Shown: positions 51,850-64,000, numbered from the stretch's first letter. The stretch: DNA of 64,000 nt from an uncultured Ruficoccus sp. (GCA_965140785.1 OZ223510.1:224001-288000), one strand, 5' to 3'. A program made the numbers and translations. Notes: generated from the letters alone by a model not told the origin.

Positions 51850-51973
51850 CAGGATTACAAAATCTAATGCCGTGAGGCGTGGACATTCCCACTGCTACGT
51901 ACTAAAATATAGGGTCTCGCACGTGCTGAATCAGGATTTCTGAATCCTAGCGATCCTGCTTATTGTGCGAGTT
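51850..51973 (+). repeat. dif-half-site repeat, copy 3
   Basis: CAGGATTACAAAATCTAATGCCGTGAGGCGTGGACATT..AAATATAGGGTCTCGCACGTGCTG..GCGATCC-TGCTTA-TTGTGCGA. Confidence 0.85.
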
Positions 51974-52012
51974 GTCCATTCGGGAAGCTTGCAATCTTGA
52001 CGATCAAATACA

Positions 52013-53381
52013 GGACCACGTAAAGATATCCATAAAATTAGGAAGCAAATAAGGATGTTCATGATAATTAAATTATTAAATATTCAAAGTATTTTACTAA
52101 AAAAAATAGTTTTCAATAACAAAAAGAATAACTTCAAATTTAATAATAGCTCCTTTATTATTATACACATCACAATAATTTGGTGCAGAAAAAATAGTAA
52201 TAACTGCTGGAAATTCATTAGACCCATTCCATTTATACATCTTATACCCATCAATCTAAGCTTCATGTGCCCTAATTACCGAAAGCAATCCACATGCCTT
52301 TAAAAACTTATTAACAGCTTCCATTCTAATAATTAATTCATTATTTAATTAATTAACCCATAAATAAATGAACACCCTCTAACTTCATTTGCCTTAAAGT
52401 CTTAAGGTAAATGTCCATCTTCTGATTCAATTGGATCCGACCATATTAAATCACTAAAAGCAAAAATAAATTGAATTTATAAACTAAAAAACCAAAGTAA
52501 TCCAGATTTTGGTGGTTCAGTGTATCTATCGATTTTTTATAAATCTGCTAACGATCTTAAAGCTGGAGAGATCCCACCATGAATACCTATAAACTTCCCA
52601 TTAATAATAGAACATAAAGGAATCATCTCAAATGATTCCATCATTATCTCATAAATTTCTTAATCGTATTTATAGATACCTTTTTTTAAATTAAATTTTA
52701 AATGGGGTAAAAACATTCATCACGGAAGTTAAAATATGTTGTCATTTAACGACATTCATGGTTACCACGAATAAATTGTATTGTTGTTGGATAGTTTAAC
52801 TTTAATTTAACTATTATTATTAAATCAGATTACCTTAAGAGAATAAAGAAGCACTATCACTTCAATTGAAAAAGAACCTCTATCCACAAAATCTCCAAGA
52901 AATAAATACCTTTAATAAAAATATATCATGCGATTATTTTTACTTTGTATTTTCTGGTTTTCCACCAATATCCAAAATTTTAACTAAATCATAATATTAT
53001 CTTCAATTGAAATTAATAAAATTAAAAGGAATAACCCATGAATATCCCCAACTACTGTTACAGGGTCATCAATTTTCAATATATTACTTTCACTCTCTAT
53101 ATAAAATTAAAATTCAATAAAAATTATCAATTTACTAAAAATATTATTCGTTGCTGAGACTAATTTAATCAAATCTTCCTTTTTAATTCTTCCTTCCTGA
53201 CTTAAATGATCCTTAAGTAATCTCCAGTCAGGTTTTCCTTTAAAAAGCTCAGAAAATATATTAGTAATATCCTACCTTGCAATGAAATAGGAAACATTAA
53301 TGAGGATTCTAATGGCCTATGCGGTGGAGCTCTTACTTTCTTTACTTGGCGATCATTAAAAGGATCTTTTAAAGGCTACAT
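52013..53381 (-). CDS. Calcineurin A (PP2B) catalytic subunit; multi-exon, 3' truncated at the junction
   Basis: With TAR=Gln: '[15 protein letters not shown]', 'GDIHGQYYDL', 'FLGDFVDRG', 'RGNHECRQ', 'HGGISP', 'AHEAQ', 'FSAPNYC', '[15 protein letters not shown]'. Confidence 0.9.
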
Positions 53382-53830
53382 TATTTTTATTGTAATTATT
53401 TTACTTTTATTTTTTTATCAGTTTTCTAATTTAAATTACAAGTTTATTTTATTTAATTTTGCTCAAAAAAAAGTTTTTCTTAGAATAATAATTCTTTAGC
53501 TTTGTTAATAAAAAAACAAAAATTTATTTTTATTATTATTTATAATACTTATTTTTCCAAATTGAATTTATTTATTTCTAACAGAATAATTTATTATATA
53601 AATTCATTAAATTTTTAACAGAATAAAGTAAAATTAAATAAATTTTTTCTATGCAACACCCCTCAGTAATCATAACTTTCTTTAATTATTCATATAGATA
53701 ATTTATCCTCTCTACCAAACAGACCCTACCTAAATAATGCCACCTTAGGTTTTTTTAATTATCTAAATTTTTTGAATTTATTTACAATTATTTCTTTAAG
53801 ATTTCGCCATAAATATAGCCTCCATCAATA

Positions 53831-53898
53831 TAGCCTGAATATCCTCTCTAGCCTGAATATCCTCTCTAGCCTGAATATCCTCTATAGCCTGAATATCC
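53831..53898. repeat. Tandem repeat, about 4 x 18 bp (TAGCCTGAATATCCTCTC)
   Basis: Directly visible; reads (GYSGQR)n on the minus strand with TAG=Gln. Confidence 0.8.
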
Positions 53899-54082
53899 TA
53901 TATATTATGACTAAAAACCTTAATTTTCAGCTCCACCAATCTAATCATACCCTCCATAAGTTTTCCGAAGGCCAGTCATTGAAGAACCATTAAGGCCAAT
54001 AACACATATTTAAAATCTTCCACCTCCTGATAATTAATTTCCTCTGGATAAGGAAGCCAATTATAATTTTTAGATCTCTAAA

Positions 54083-56190
54083 ATGAATGAAAAGATTATA
54101 GTAATAATTAATTTATAATTGAGTTAAACTTTTTTTTTTGTAAGGAATAAAAAAGAAGTTTAGCTGAATAAGAACGTTTATTACAGGATGCTTAAAATTA
54201 GGTGAGAATGGAATTTATAATTGTTTATTTTTAGATTGATTATTTGTAGCATTAAATTGAATAATAAACTTCAGAAAATTCTAATTATAAAGAAACACTT
54301 AAGAAAATGTATATGATTTATGTATAGCAATAAAAATAGCTAGAAGTTTCCTTAATTTTTTATTTTAAATTTAACTAAGAAATCAAAATCAACTGAAATT
54401 GATCTTTAATAATAAAATTCTTCAATGAATGAAAAGAATTGTGAATTTAATGTAAAAAGCTTCTTAAATTTATTGCTAAATTTTCTAGATGAATATTAAA
54501 AATATGATAAATGATCAAGAGCATATGGTTAATTAATATAATTAACAAAACATGATGCATTAAGTTAAAATAATTATAATTAAAAATTAATTTTTAGAAT
54601 GAAATAAAAAATATGACAACTCAATTATAAGATAAACAAATTGTATAAAAACTATTTTATTTAATTATAAACTAGGAAACTCAAGAATTAAAAAGAAAAA
54701 TAAACGATCTTTTAGATTTAAAAAGAAGATTAGAAGACGAAAACTCATCATTGTAAATTTATAATTTTAATAATAATATCAAAGACGCTTTACACTGGAT
54801 AACCAACGTGCTGCCTTTGAAATAGATTGCAAGGAAAGGTAACTCTAAATTTTATTCTTAATTTTACCCAAAAAAGATAAGTAAAATTTGATTAAATAAC
54901 AGCCTGCACAAGAGATGAAATGAATATCCTTAGAATGGAACGCGATGACGCATTTCATAGGCTTGCAGGATTAGCTGATGATGTAATATATATTTAATAT
55001 ATTTCTTTAAAAATTAATAAACAAGAATAAATAATAATTCGAGCAAATTAAATTCTTAGAAGTTGAATTAGCAAGAGCTCGTGGACATGCAGGACCGTAA
55101 CAATAATAATACTCAAATTATGCTCCTCCTCAAGTTGAAATGCCACGTTCTGCGACTCAATCTTCAAACTAAGTAATTTTCTTTCAGTAAATAATAAATC
55201 AATAGGATTGGCTTTAATAAGAAAATTAATAGCTTAAAATGGAAAATGAAAAGCTCAAAAGACAATTAGAAGAAATGCATAAAAGTGAGCTCCTAAAGGA
55301 TGATTAAATAAGATCTTTTTCTTAAAACCCCGAGAGAGCCAAAATGGTTAACTTTACTCCTTAAGAAACAGCACTCAGTACCAATATTCCAGGAAAATTG
55401 GATGATGAATTTATGATTAATATTACGAGTAATTATTTTATAAATAATTTATATGATTTTAGGGGGATTATTAGAGTTAGTTACATTTAAGAGAGAGGCA
55501 ATAACTAATATTATATTTGAAATTTATGTTCGGTCTATTAATCATGCAAATATTAAAAAATAGTTTAATTGTTTTGTAATTATATTAATTTTGTCTTTAG
55601 AAATTCCTTAATATTGTTTATTCTTAATCTGAAAGAATTAAAAGAAAAATATTGGAAAGGGCTAGTTCTTACACTTGAAGCTTATGAAAGGCAAATTTTT
55701 TATTAGTTTTAGAGCTTTTTTATAGATTAAGAAAATTAGCTCGATAATTAACTGCAATTCAAGGAATTCAATAAAGATATCCAAACTTTTATAATAAACT
55801 CAGTTTAGCTGTAGGGTTATTTATTAATTTATCCAGTTATTATTTAATTTAGAAAAATATTAAATGAAAATGTTGATTTCCGAGATAATATAAATAAGTG
55901 GATTGAAGGTACTTTGGCAAATACTATTGGGAAAAAAATTCATGAAAAGCATGAAAAAAATAGAGTAAATTTAATTTTAGAGACTAAATAATTTTTTAAA
56001 GGAATTTTTATTTTTATTCAGATTACTTACAATTAAGTACAGAATTCGTTATCCTTTATAGGGAAAGTCGTTTAATATAGATTTGGATTTAGATAATTTC
56101 CTAGAAAATAAAATTTGTGCTTCTTTAAGAAAGTAAGGCTTTATTTTTAATAATAATAATTTAGAGTGTTAAAAATGGATTTATGAGGAT
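54083..56190 (+). CDS. Putative multi-exon coiled-coil protein (boundaries approximate)
   Basis: Purine-rich exon-like blocks (e.g. 'RDEMNILRMERDDAFHRLAGLADD') separated by GT..AG AT-rich introns. Confidence 0.35.
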
Positions 56191-56280
56191 GAAACTTTTT
56201 TTATAATATAAAATTTATTTATTCCTTTTTTTTTAAACTCTAAATTATTTAAAAAATTTTTATTTTAATTGTTTGAATAC

Positions 56281-57901
56281 TCAACACTTTTTTTTTTCCT
56301 CCTCTTAAATATGTGGATGTGCAACAGTAAATGTTTCATTCACTACTGTGGAAGGACTAAATGTATCAACAATTTTTTAAGAATCAGCCCATAAGCTCTA
56401 AATTTCAAAAATCTGAATACATTTATAACTTAGTTCCTAAAAATCCAATAATAAATTTTTCTAATTTTATAAATTAAACTTATTAGGATTCATCATTTGA
56501 TTTAAATTTTATTTCTTTTATTAAAGGATCAGCAACATAAATTTCAGTCTAAAATCCAATTCTTTCATAAATAGAAACATTAGTATTATAAATTGAAAGA
56601 GCACCAAAATCACTCTTATAATCAACAACCACAAATATACTAGTGATTAATGTTAAAATTAAATAATTTTTTTACGCTGGGACATCATTCATTTTCGTAA
56701 TAATATTTGTGACTTTGCAAGAAGCTATTTTATTTTTATTTCTTCCCTCAACTAATTCTGATAGACTCGCAATTTAATAATCTTTATATTATTCACTTTA
56801 TCCTGGAGTCTTGATTGAAGGGATATTTTTTATCATCATTGTCAATTATTTTTATTTAATTTTTCCCTTAAAAAAACAGCTAAATTATTAAGCAAAAATA
56901 AATTAATAACTTTATTTGCAATTAAATTTTGCATACTAGATACTTTTTAATAAATCGATTTCACAATTTAATCAATTTAAAACTCTTTATCCATTTCTCC
57001 TGCTTTCTAATATTCCTTCATTGCTAATTAATAATCCTCTAGATAATTATAAATCTAACATTAAAAAAAATAAAAATTTAATAAACAAAAATCTTACAGT
57101 TGCACGATTATAATGCATATCAGGATTCTTTTCATCCTTTAAACGGTTTTCAGCTTAATTATAAGCTTTTAACGCTAACTAAAGTTCATTTATTGTTTTC
57201 ATATTCACAAAGAAATTGCTCATATAAGCATTACCTAAAACATACCAGCTCTCCCCATCATTAAGATCTAAATTAAGAGCCTCCTTTGCGATATCAATTG
57301 ATTTTTAGACATTTTATTATCTTACTGAATCTATATCAACAATTTTTTATATATATACTAATTAATTAATTAACCTTAGCCAAGTTATCTCAAAATTATT
57401 GAAATACTTCTCAGTGCAACTTTATTTCGGCCACACTATTCATTTGAACCTTCAAAACATTTATACGCGCCTTCATAATCTTTCTTTTTCCATAGAATAT
57501 GTCCTATTTTATTAATTTAGATTTAGATTTTTTACCCAATGTATTCCAGCAATCAGAATTTAAGGGATTTAATTTTAACTTTAATTTATTTAAGTAGAAA
57601 TAGTAAAATTACTGATTTAGAAAGAGATTCTTCAGCTTATTTTGTATATTATGGGAGGATGTCCATTAATTTTCCTTTTAAATACATTGCTTTTCCCTTT
57701 TCATTTTTACTGATTTCTAAATAATGTTAAATTAAATTTAAAAAATGCACATTAATCGAGAAGTTAATCTAATTGCTTATTTATTTCATTTATTTTTGGT
57801 TTAATTTTTTCATTTGATTCTAATGAAAACTCTTTTTTTTAAGCTTCAATAAGTTCTGTGATTTCCTTTTCAAATTAATCAATTGTTTTCGTTTCTTCCA
57901 T
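56281..57901 (-). CDS. TPR protein, TTC5-like (multi-exon)
   Basis: 'DGESWYVLGNAY...ALKAYNQAE...NPDMHYNRAT' resembles the TTC5 TPR segment. Confidence 0.7.
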
Positions 57902-58020
57902 TTAAGTAAAATAAATTTGTTTTTTGATTTAAATTTCAAATTTTTTAAATAAAAATTTAACAAAATATTTATTTTGGGGCAATTAGTTTTTGTTTTTAAT
58001 TATTTAATTTAAAAAAAACA

Positions 58021-58866
58021 TCATTAATCTTATTTCTAATTGGACCCCTGCATTTTTTCCTCAAATCCCTCATCAATCTAAAGCTTTTACAGCGCAACTT
58101 TTTACTACTCTTCAAAATCTTTCATTTCCTCTAAATATTTCTACTTCTATTTTTCAAACTCTTCTAATTAATCCTTATTTTTATCAGCCAATTCAGTCAC
58201 TTTTTTCGTATAATCCTAAATAGATGAATTTAATTCCGTAATCATATCTTATTACTGTTTCATACTTTAAGCTAATTCATCCATTTGGCCTTAATTAATA
58301 ATTATAATATAAAATTTAATTAATTAACGTGCTTGTTCTTCATTTTTATCTTTCAATTCTTTAATTAATTATTCACTTTTTTCTTTTGTTTCGTTGAATG
58401 CTATTTCTTATTCTTCAATTATTTTATCTAATTAAGTTTTAGTAATTTAAAAGAAATAATAATACCCCAATCTATTTCATTTTCAACATGCTCAAAGCCA
58501 AATGTCCATTGTAAATCCATTTAATTTTCAGTTAATTCAATTTTATGTTTTTAATCCTTTTCTAATTCTTATTCAATAATTTCTTCTGCATTATTTAATA
58601 CTTCTACAGTGTATTCGAGCTTATGATCTTAATTAGAAATTAAAATTATTAATTAATTATTACTTAAGGGGAATATTAAAGTTTCTTAAACAATCCATTT
58701 ATCTCCGCCTTCAACTTAGAGATAATTTTATTTAATTAAATAAATTTTTACTTGGATGCATTTAAATTCCGTTTGATATGTTTTCATAATTTCCTTTTAA
58801 TCTTAATTTTTCCAATTTCTTTCCAGGACTTATCATTGTAAATTTTACTTGGCAATTTTCAACCAT
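58021..58866 (-). CDS. Putative coiled-coil protein (approximate, multi-exon)
   Basis: Open E/K/Q-rich frame under TAR=Gln. Confidence 0.3.
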
Positions 58867-59056
58867 TTTTCCTTTATTTAAAGAAATTATTTTTATTTTT
58901 GAATTTATTTAAATTTAAATTAAATTGTTTGATAATATTTAGCTTATTAAGAAAATTTTAATTTAAAATCTAAAATAAAATAAGAGATAAAATTTAATTT
59001 AGAAACCTCAATTCAAAATAAATTCAAAATCAAAATAAATTATAAAATTAATTTTA

Positions 59057-59851
59057 ATGTCACATTTAACAATAAATTATAATAATAAATTGTATACCCT
59101 TTCTTTTATAATTGAAGAGGATATGCTGACATTATAGCTTTAAAATAAAAATAAAGCTTGGATTAATTTTAAATTATGAGATGAATTTACTAAAAATTGT
59201 TAAAAACTCTCTACTCTCCTCGGAATTTCATCTTATCTTTAACATCAAATTACTGAAAATAAATTTAATTTTGAAAAGCTTAACAAGGATATGTTTAAAC
59301 TAACAATTTTTTAAACTGAAATTATTGAAGAATTATATTTTTTGTTTGTTAGAAATTTTACAAACAAGCAAAAAACTTAAAGCAAGGTTAATTATTATAA
59401 AAATTAGTTTTTTTAGGAAATAATAATATATGGGAATAATATTAGTTATTAAGAAATGATTGAAAATTTAAAAAAAATTGAAAAAGAATAAACAGTTTTA
59501 AGATTTGAATTTTAGAATATTTATGATTAATTTGGGGAAAAGTTTTCTAGGTTTAATGAAATGGCAGAAGATGTTATATTAAAAATTCCATAACAAAATT
59601 AAGAAATTTTAGAATTAGATAAAGTTTAAATCTTTTAATATATTAGCAAATTTTAGAATTAGTCTGAAATATAAAATAATAATATTTCATCTTTATTATA
59701 AGCATCGGAATAATAAAAATAAACATGCATCATTAATTCCTTAGAATCGGCTAAAGAAAAATTAAATTAATTTGAATAATAATTAGATGACTTCTTAAAT
59801 TCTAAATAGAAAAGATAATATGAAGATTTCCCATTTAAAAATTATGAATGA
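59057..59851 (+). CDS. Putative hypothetical protein (approximate)
   Basis: Open under TAR=Gln, probably one intron, ends in TGA. Confidence 0.3.
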
Positions 59852-59919
59852 TAAAATAATTGTAATGAAAATCATCTACAAAAATAAATTAATAATAGTT
59901 TTTATAAATTAAATGATCT

Positions 59920-60794
59920 TCATTATTTTTTAACATAATTTCTCTTAAGAGTTTCACAGTGCATACATTTTGCATGCTTTTTAAAGTCACTAATAAATGT
60001 CATTTTATTATGGCAAGTTGGACAAATAAATTTTGATTCATTTGAATTATCATAAAGAGCCTTATTAATCTTTTTCTTCTCTTTATCTTTTTCCACAGGA
60101 TTTTCATATTACTAGTTAAGAAACTATTAAAATTACCGAAATTTATCTTTATCTTATTTCAATGTAGATCAAATTTTTATCAGTAATTAAATTCTATTAT
60201 TTTTACAAACTTCTCTGAATTGCTTTTAATTTCATCTGAAAATTTTTTATTAAACTTATATTTCATTGCAGGAATTATCTCATTATTTTCGAGCATTGTT
60301 ATTACTTTGTTAATTTACTTTAGTTAATTATCAAGATTACTTTGGATTTCTAATAATTTTTCATTTCTAGGTACTATAAATTCCTTAGCTTTTTAATTTA
60401 AATATTCTTATTTAAAACTTGTAAAAATATTCGTAATTTCATTTATAATAGATGTTTGAGCCAAATTTATTTATTAAATAATAATATCTTCACTAGAATC
60501 TTCTTATTTATTTTTAATTATTTCAGAAATATTATTCATTTTATCATTAATAGCTTCAATAAAACTTTTTAAAATTTAAGTCTCTTCGTTTTTAATCTAT
60601 CCAAATTCACGAATTAATGGAATAGTTTTATTTTAATAATGAGAATTTGTATGTTCAGGCAAACATTTACTACAAAGGGGTTCACAATGCCAAGCTGACG
60701 TAGTACAAAGAAAAATTATTGCCTCATTATGCTTTGAGCATAATTGAGGAGCTTCTTCTATTTTTTATTACAAATTTTATTCAGTTGATTGCAT
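59920..60794 (-). CDS. B-box-like zinc-finger/coiled-coil protein
   Basis: 'CSKHNEAIIFLC...CEPLCSKCLPEH'; C-terminal 'CPTC...CMHC'. Confidence 0.5.
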
Positions 60795-60875
60795 TTTTGA
60801 AAATTAAATTATGTTATTTAAATATTTTAATATTTATATATTTTATTTGATTTTTTATTTAAGATATAAAAAAAA

Positions 60876-61835
60876 ATGATACATTATGCTTCCTCTCTTC
60901 TGAAAAATTAGCGTTTTAAAAATTTGTATTCAGGTTTTATCTCTGGACTTATTTCCTGTGCAATAGTTTAACCACTTGAGGTTAGTACATGTTTTTATTA
61001 ATTTGGTTTTAGGTAATAAAAACTTAAATTATTGTAAATCCTAATAAAATACCAGAAATAGATAATGGAAATTAATTTACTTAAGTTTATTATGCAGCAA
61101 AAAGTATTTATCAACACAAAAATGGAGGACTTAAAAACTTTACAAGAGGAAGTCTGATTTCAAGCATCAGATAAGGAATAGGATTTGGAATTTATTCCAT
61201 TCTCCTTGAAAATCTAAATTCAATAACGCCTGCTTCAGTTCCAAACTATATCAAATACACAGTAAATGCATTTGTTGGCAAAAGCTTAGCACTAATAATC
61301 TGCAATCCCTTGGTAATTTTGAAAACAAGAAAAGAATTAATAACAAACCAAACTCCTTCTTAAACAAAATTTCTAACAGGAATTCAAACAATAATCAAGG
61401 AGGATGGAATGATTGGATTATTCAAAGGTGCGAATTCAATGATTTCAAGAGAAGCTACATTTTCTATTATTCATTATAATCTTTATTAATACTTGAAAAT
61501 AAAAATGCCTTAAAATAAATTTCTTCCTTCTTTTATTGCAGCGATGGGAGCAATGTGTATTAGTTAGCCCTTTGAAGTGGTAATAAAACCTTTTTATTTA
61601 CTTTTTTAAATTGTTTTAGATCAGAAATAGAATTTAGGTTCCGAAGAAATTTTAAGGAGGATAAGAAAGATAATATAAAGGAATTGTTGATGGATTTAAT
61701 AAAATTATAAAGCATGAAGGAGCTTCTGGATTATTTAAGGGATTTTTTATCATGTTTTTAAAAAAACCATTAAATACAACTATTACATGGGCTTTATTTG
61801 AAAGTATGAAAGAATATTCAAAGAAATAAAAATGA
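60876..61835 (+). CDS. Mitochondrial carrier (SLC25) family protein, multi-exon
   Basis: Three carrier repeats: 'QPLEV', 'NPLVILKTR', 'QPFEV'; 'YKGIVDGFNKIIKHEGASGLFKG'. Confidence 0.8.
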
Positions 61836-64000
61836 ATAATTTTAAATACAATAAAAATTAAATGCAAATACATATTTAAAGTTATTATTTATTCATTATA
61901 AGAGGAAACTTTTCTCTTCTTTGGATGCTTTTCTTTTAATTTTTAATTTTCTCAAAAAAAGCAGCAACACCAAATTTTCAATTTATTTTTCTTTATTTTA
62001 TTTAAATATGGCTCAAGTAAATTTTAAATTTATTTATTCGAACTTTACTTATAAGCTTTCATTAAACTTTAATTTCCTCATTTAATTTTAAAAATTAAAA
62101 ATTTTACAACTTCAATATGTCCCCATCTAAAAAACGATTATTTATTAAAATTAAACAAATAAATACCTTGCTGCTACTGTTAAAATATCTTCTTCCTATT
62201 CATTTTTTTAAATTCTGCAAGAAAGTTATGGAATTGCCTAGAGTTCTAGCAATTGCTGAACAAGTTTTAAATAGCCATTCTAGCAAGCTATATATAAAAT
62301 TGTTCTCCCATATTTATCTTTTTAATTTATTAATCTGTTTGGATCATCATTTGAAAAAAAATTCCTTTAATTAAAATATTTATAGTTAAATTCATACTAT
62401 TTTGGATCATTTTTTAATAATTATTTTATCAATTCAATATCTTCTGCGCTACCTCTATTTGCTGCCTTAAACAACATATTTTTTCTTTTAATTTATGTAA
62501 GCTCAGCTTAGCAACTCCATTATTCTGATTCTTAATTATCTTTCATAAAATTTTGTTTTTGAGGATAATATTAATAAGATGATCTCATCATATGATAATC
62601 ATATTCATTCTTCAAAATACTATTATTTAAGTACAATATACTTCATTATTTATGTATTCGGTTTCCGTTTTTTAAAGTTTGCAAATTACAGAAATAGCAC
62701 TAAATATCTTATGAAATTTTTTTTTTGAAAGGGATGAAAATGATGATTACTGAGAAATATCACTGTTGTTTCTTACATAACAATCCGTTTAATTGTAGTT
62801 ACTTTTTTTCTTTTGGCTTTATTCTTCTTTGTTTATTTTACTATCATAGTTCAAGCTTGAATGTATTGCAATTTAAATGTTATTTGAATGATTTTATTTG
62901 CTTATAAATAATGGGGGCTTTCCTTAGCGACATTTTTATTTCATTTTTAAATATAATAATAATTTATTTCTTAATATAATAATTAAACAAAATTAAATTA
63001 AATTATAATATTGAAAAAATAAAATCTTTGAATACTTATTTTCATCAATAATGCTTAATTGATTCATAATTCCACCTTTAAGCATCTTTCTTTATTAAAC
63101 AGCACCCCTTATTATTAAACATTTTCAAAAAATACAAAAATACTTCTGAATTTCTATTCTAATTCATACAGCAACTCCAAGCTTCATAATTTTTTTTTTC
63201 TTCCTAACTATTACTAAGATCTTTAATCCCTCTTTATGAAATAGAAAGTGGTGATAGCTTATTAGGTTTAGCATAAAAAATCTACCAGACTCCACTGTGG
63301 TAATATTTTTTTGTCACTTTAGGTTTTAAGGTCTTTGATAGGTTTGGATAGAATGGTTTTTTTGTTCCAAATTCCTTTAGTAAATTTGTTGTTTTATTTT
63401 TTGTATTTTTCTTACTATATCATCATCCACTTATTTTAAATTTTTTCGTTCGTAAGCGATTCTGAATACAACTGCATCAATTTTTTAATCAGAAGCTGAG
63501 GGGTTTTAAAATTAATAACTAAATAAAAATATTTGTATTCTATTATTATTAGTTTACTCTTTTCTAATTTACTCTCTCATATCCCTTTCATTTTATTTAT
63601 CCTCTCTAAGCTGATAAGTTAATTAATTTTATCTATCAATTCCAGATTTATAATCTTTAATAATAATAATAATTAAATTGCTTGAAAAAGGAAATAAAAC
63701 TTTAAATCAATTCAGCTTATTTTCTTTTCGTCATCTACCACGCTTTTTTAGTTCTATTGTAAAAATAATAAAAAATATTAAACGAAACCTATCCTCCAAA
63801 TTCTTTGCTTACTCAAAATAATTCATCTAGGTATGGACATTTCAATCTATTAATTTATAATTTTCCCCATAAAAAATAAATAACCATAAATTCCACTATA
63901 ATAATTTCTTGTATCACATCCTTCATAAATCTTAGGTTCTGTGTAAGTCGGACTCGAATGATCAAACATCCCAAGCTTTATCTATTCTTTTTATTCACAA

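Larger units (their letters stand above)
52013..64000. other. Eukaryotic (ciliate-type code) genomic DNA joined to the bacterial sequence
   Basis: Abrupt switch to extreme AT content, short GT-AG introns, and TAA/TAG at conserved Gln positions. Confidence 0.92.

Noticed and set aside
50701..51973. Repeats as a CRISPR array
   Set aside because: Units are ~100-125 bp, separated by ~500-bp gene-containing segments; no cas genes are present.
50701..51973. Repeats as classical integron attC sites
   Set aside because: No consistent RYYYAAC...GTTRRRY ends and no intI in the window; the ends match the dif spacer and XerC arm instead. Not fully excluded without running IntegronFinder.
53831..53898. 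18-bp tandem repeat as a CRISPR or telomeric repeat
   Set aside because: No spacers and not a ciliate telomere motif; probably a coding low-complexity repeat.
52055..62907. Short standard-code ORFs listed in the AT-rich region
   Set aside because: They are artefacts of the wrong genetic code; most are antisense or off-frame to real exons.
52013..64000. Low-GC bacterial island or real prophage-mediated transfer into a eukaryote
   Set aside because: Spliceosomal-type introns, TAR=Gln and eukaryote-specific genes are present, and the junction truncates features on both sides, pointing to an artefact.

Overview
The window has three parts. (1) 1-41,260 is a GC-rich bacterial chromosome, probably Verrucomicrobia/Opitutae (inferred from gene content and repeats). 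It carries housekeeping and envelope genes: partial pntA, a TPR/ExbBD-like cluster, lolCE/lolD, lpxB, proS, tadA, ilvA, fbaB/fbaA, gpmA, a P1B-4 ATPase, pduO, sulP, modABC, dgt, a desaturase-fabZ-fabI-oleA-oleB lipid cluster and malQ. Several families of palindromic intergenic elements are interspersed. (2) 41,264-~52,012 begins with a 28-bp dif-like site. An integrase-less filamentous (inovirus) prophage follows, encoding an RHH repressor, coat proteins, Zot/pI and an HUH Rep, and carrying a complete type IX-like retron (HEPN, wHTH, msr-msd, RT). After the prophage comes a tandem array of ~560-620-bp single-gene units. Each unit is closed by a conserved ~100-125-bp hairpin-forming repeat that ends in the dif spacer plus XerC arm. 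This looks like an integron-like cassette array built by host XerCD at dif and is the most novel signal in the window. (3) ~52,013-64,000 switches abruptly to extremely AT-rich, intron-containing eukaryotic DNA that reads TAA/TAG as Gln (ciliate-type code). It includes calcineurin A, TTC5 and a mitochondrial carrier, and is most likely an assembly chimera or contig concatenation.
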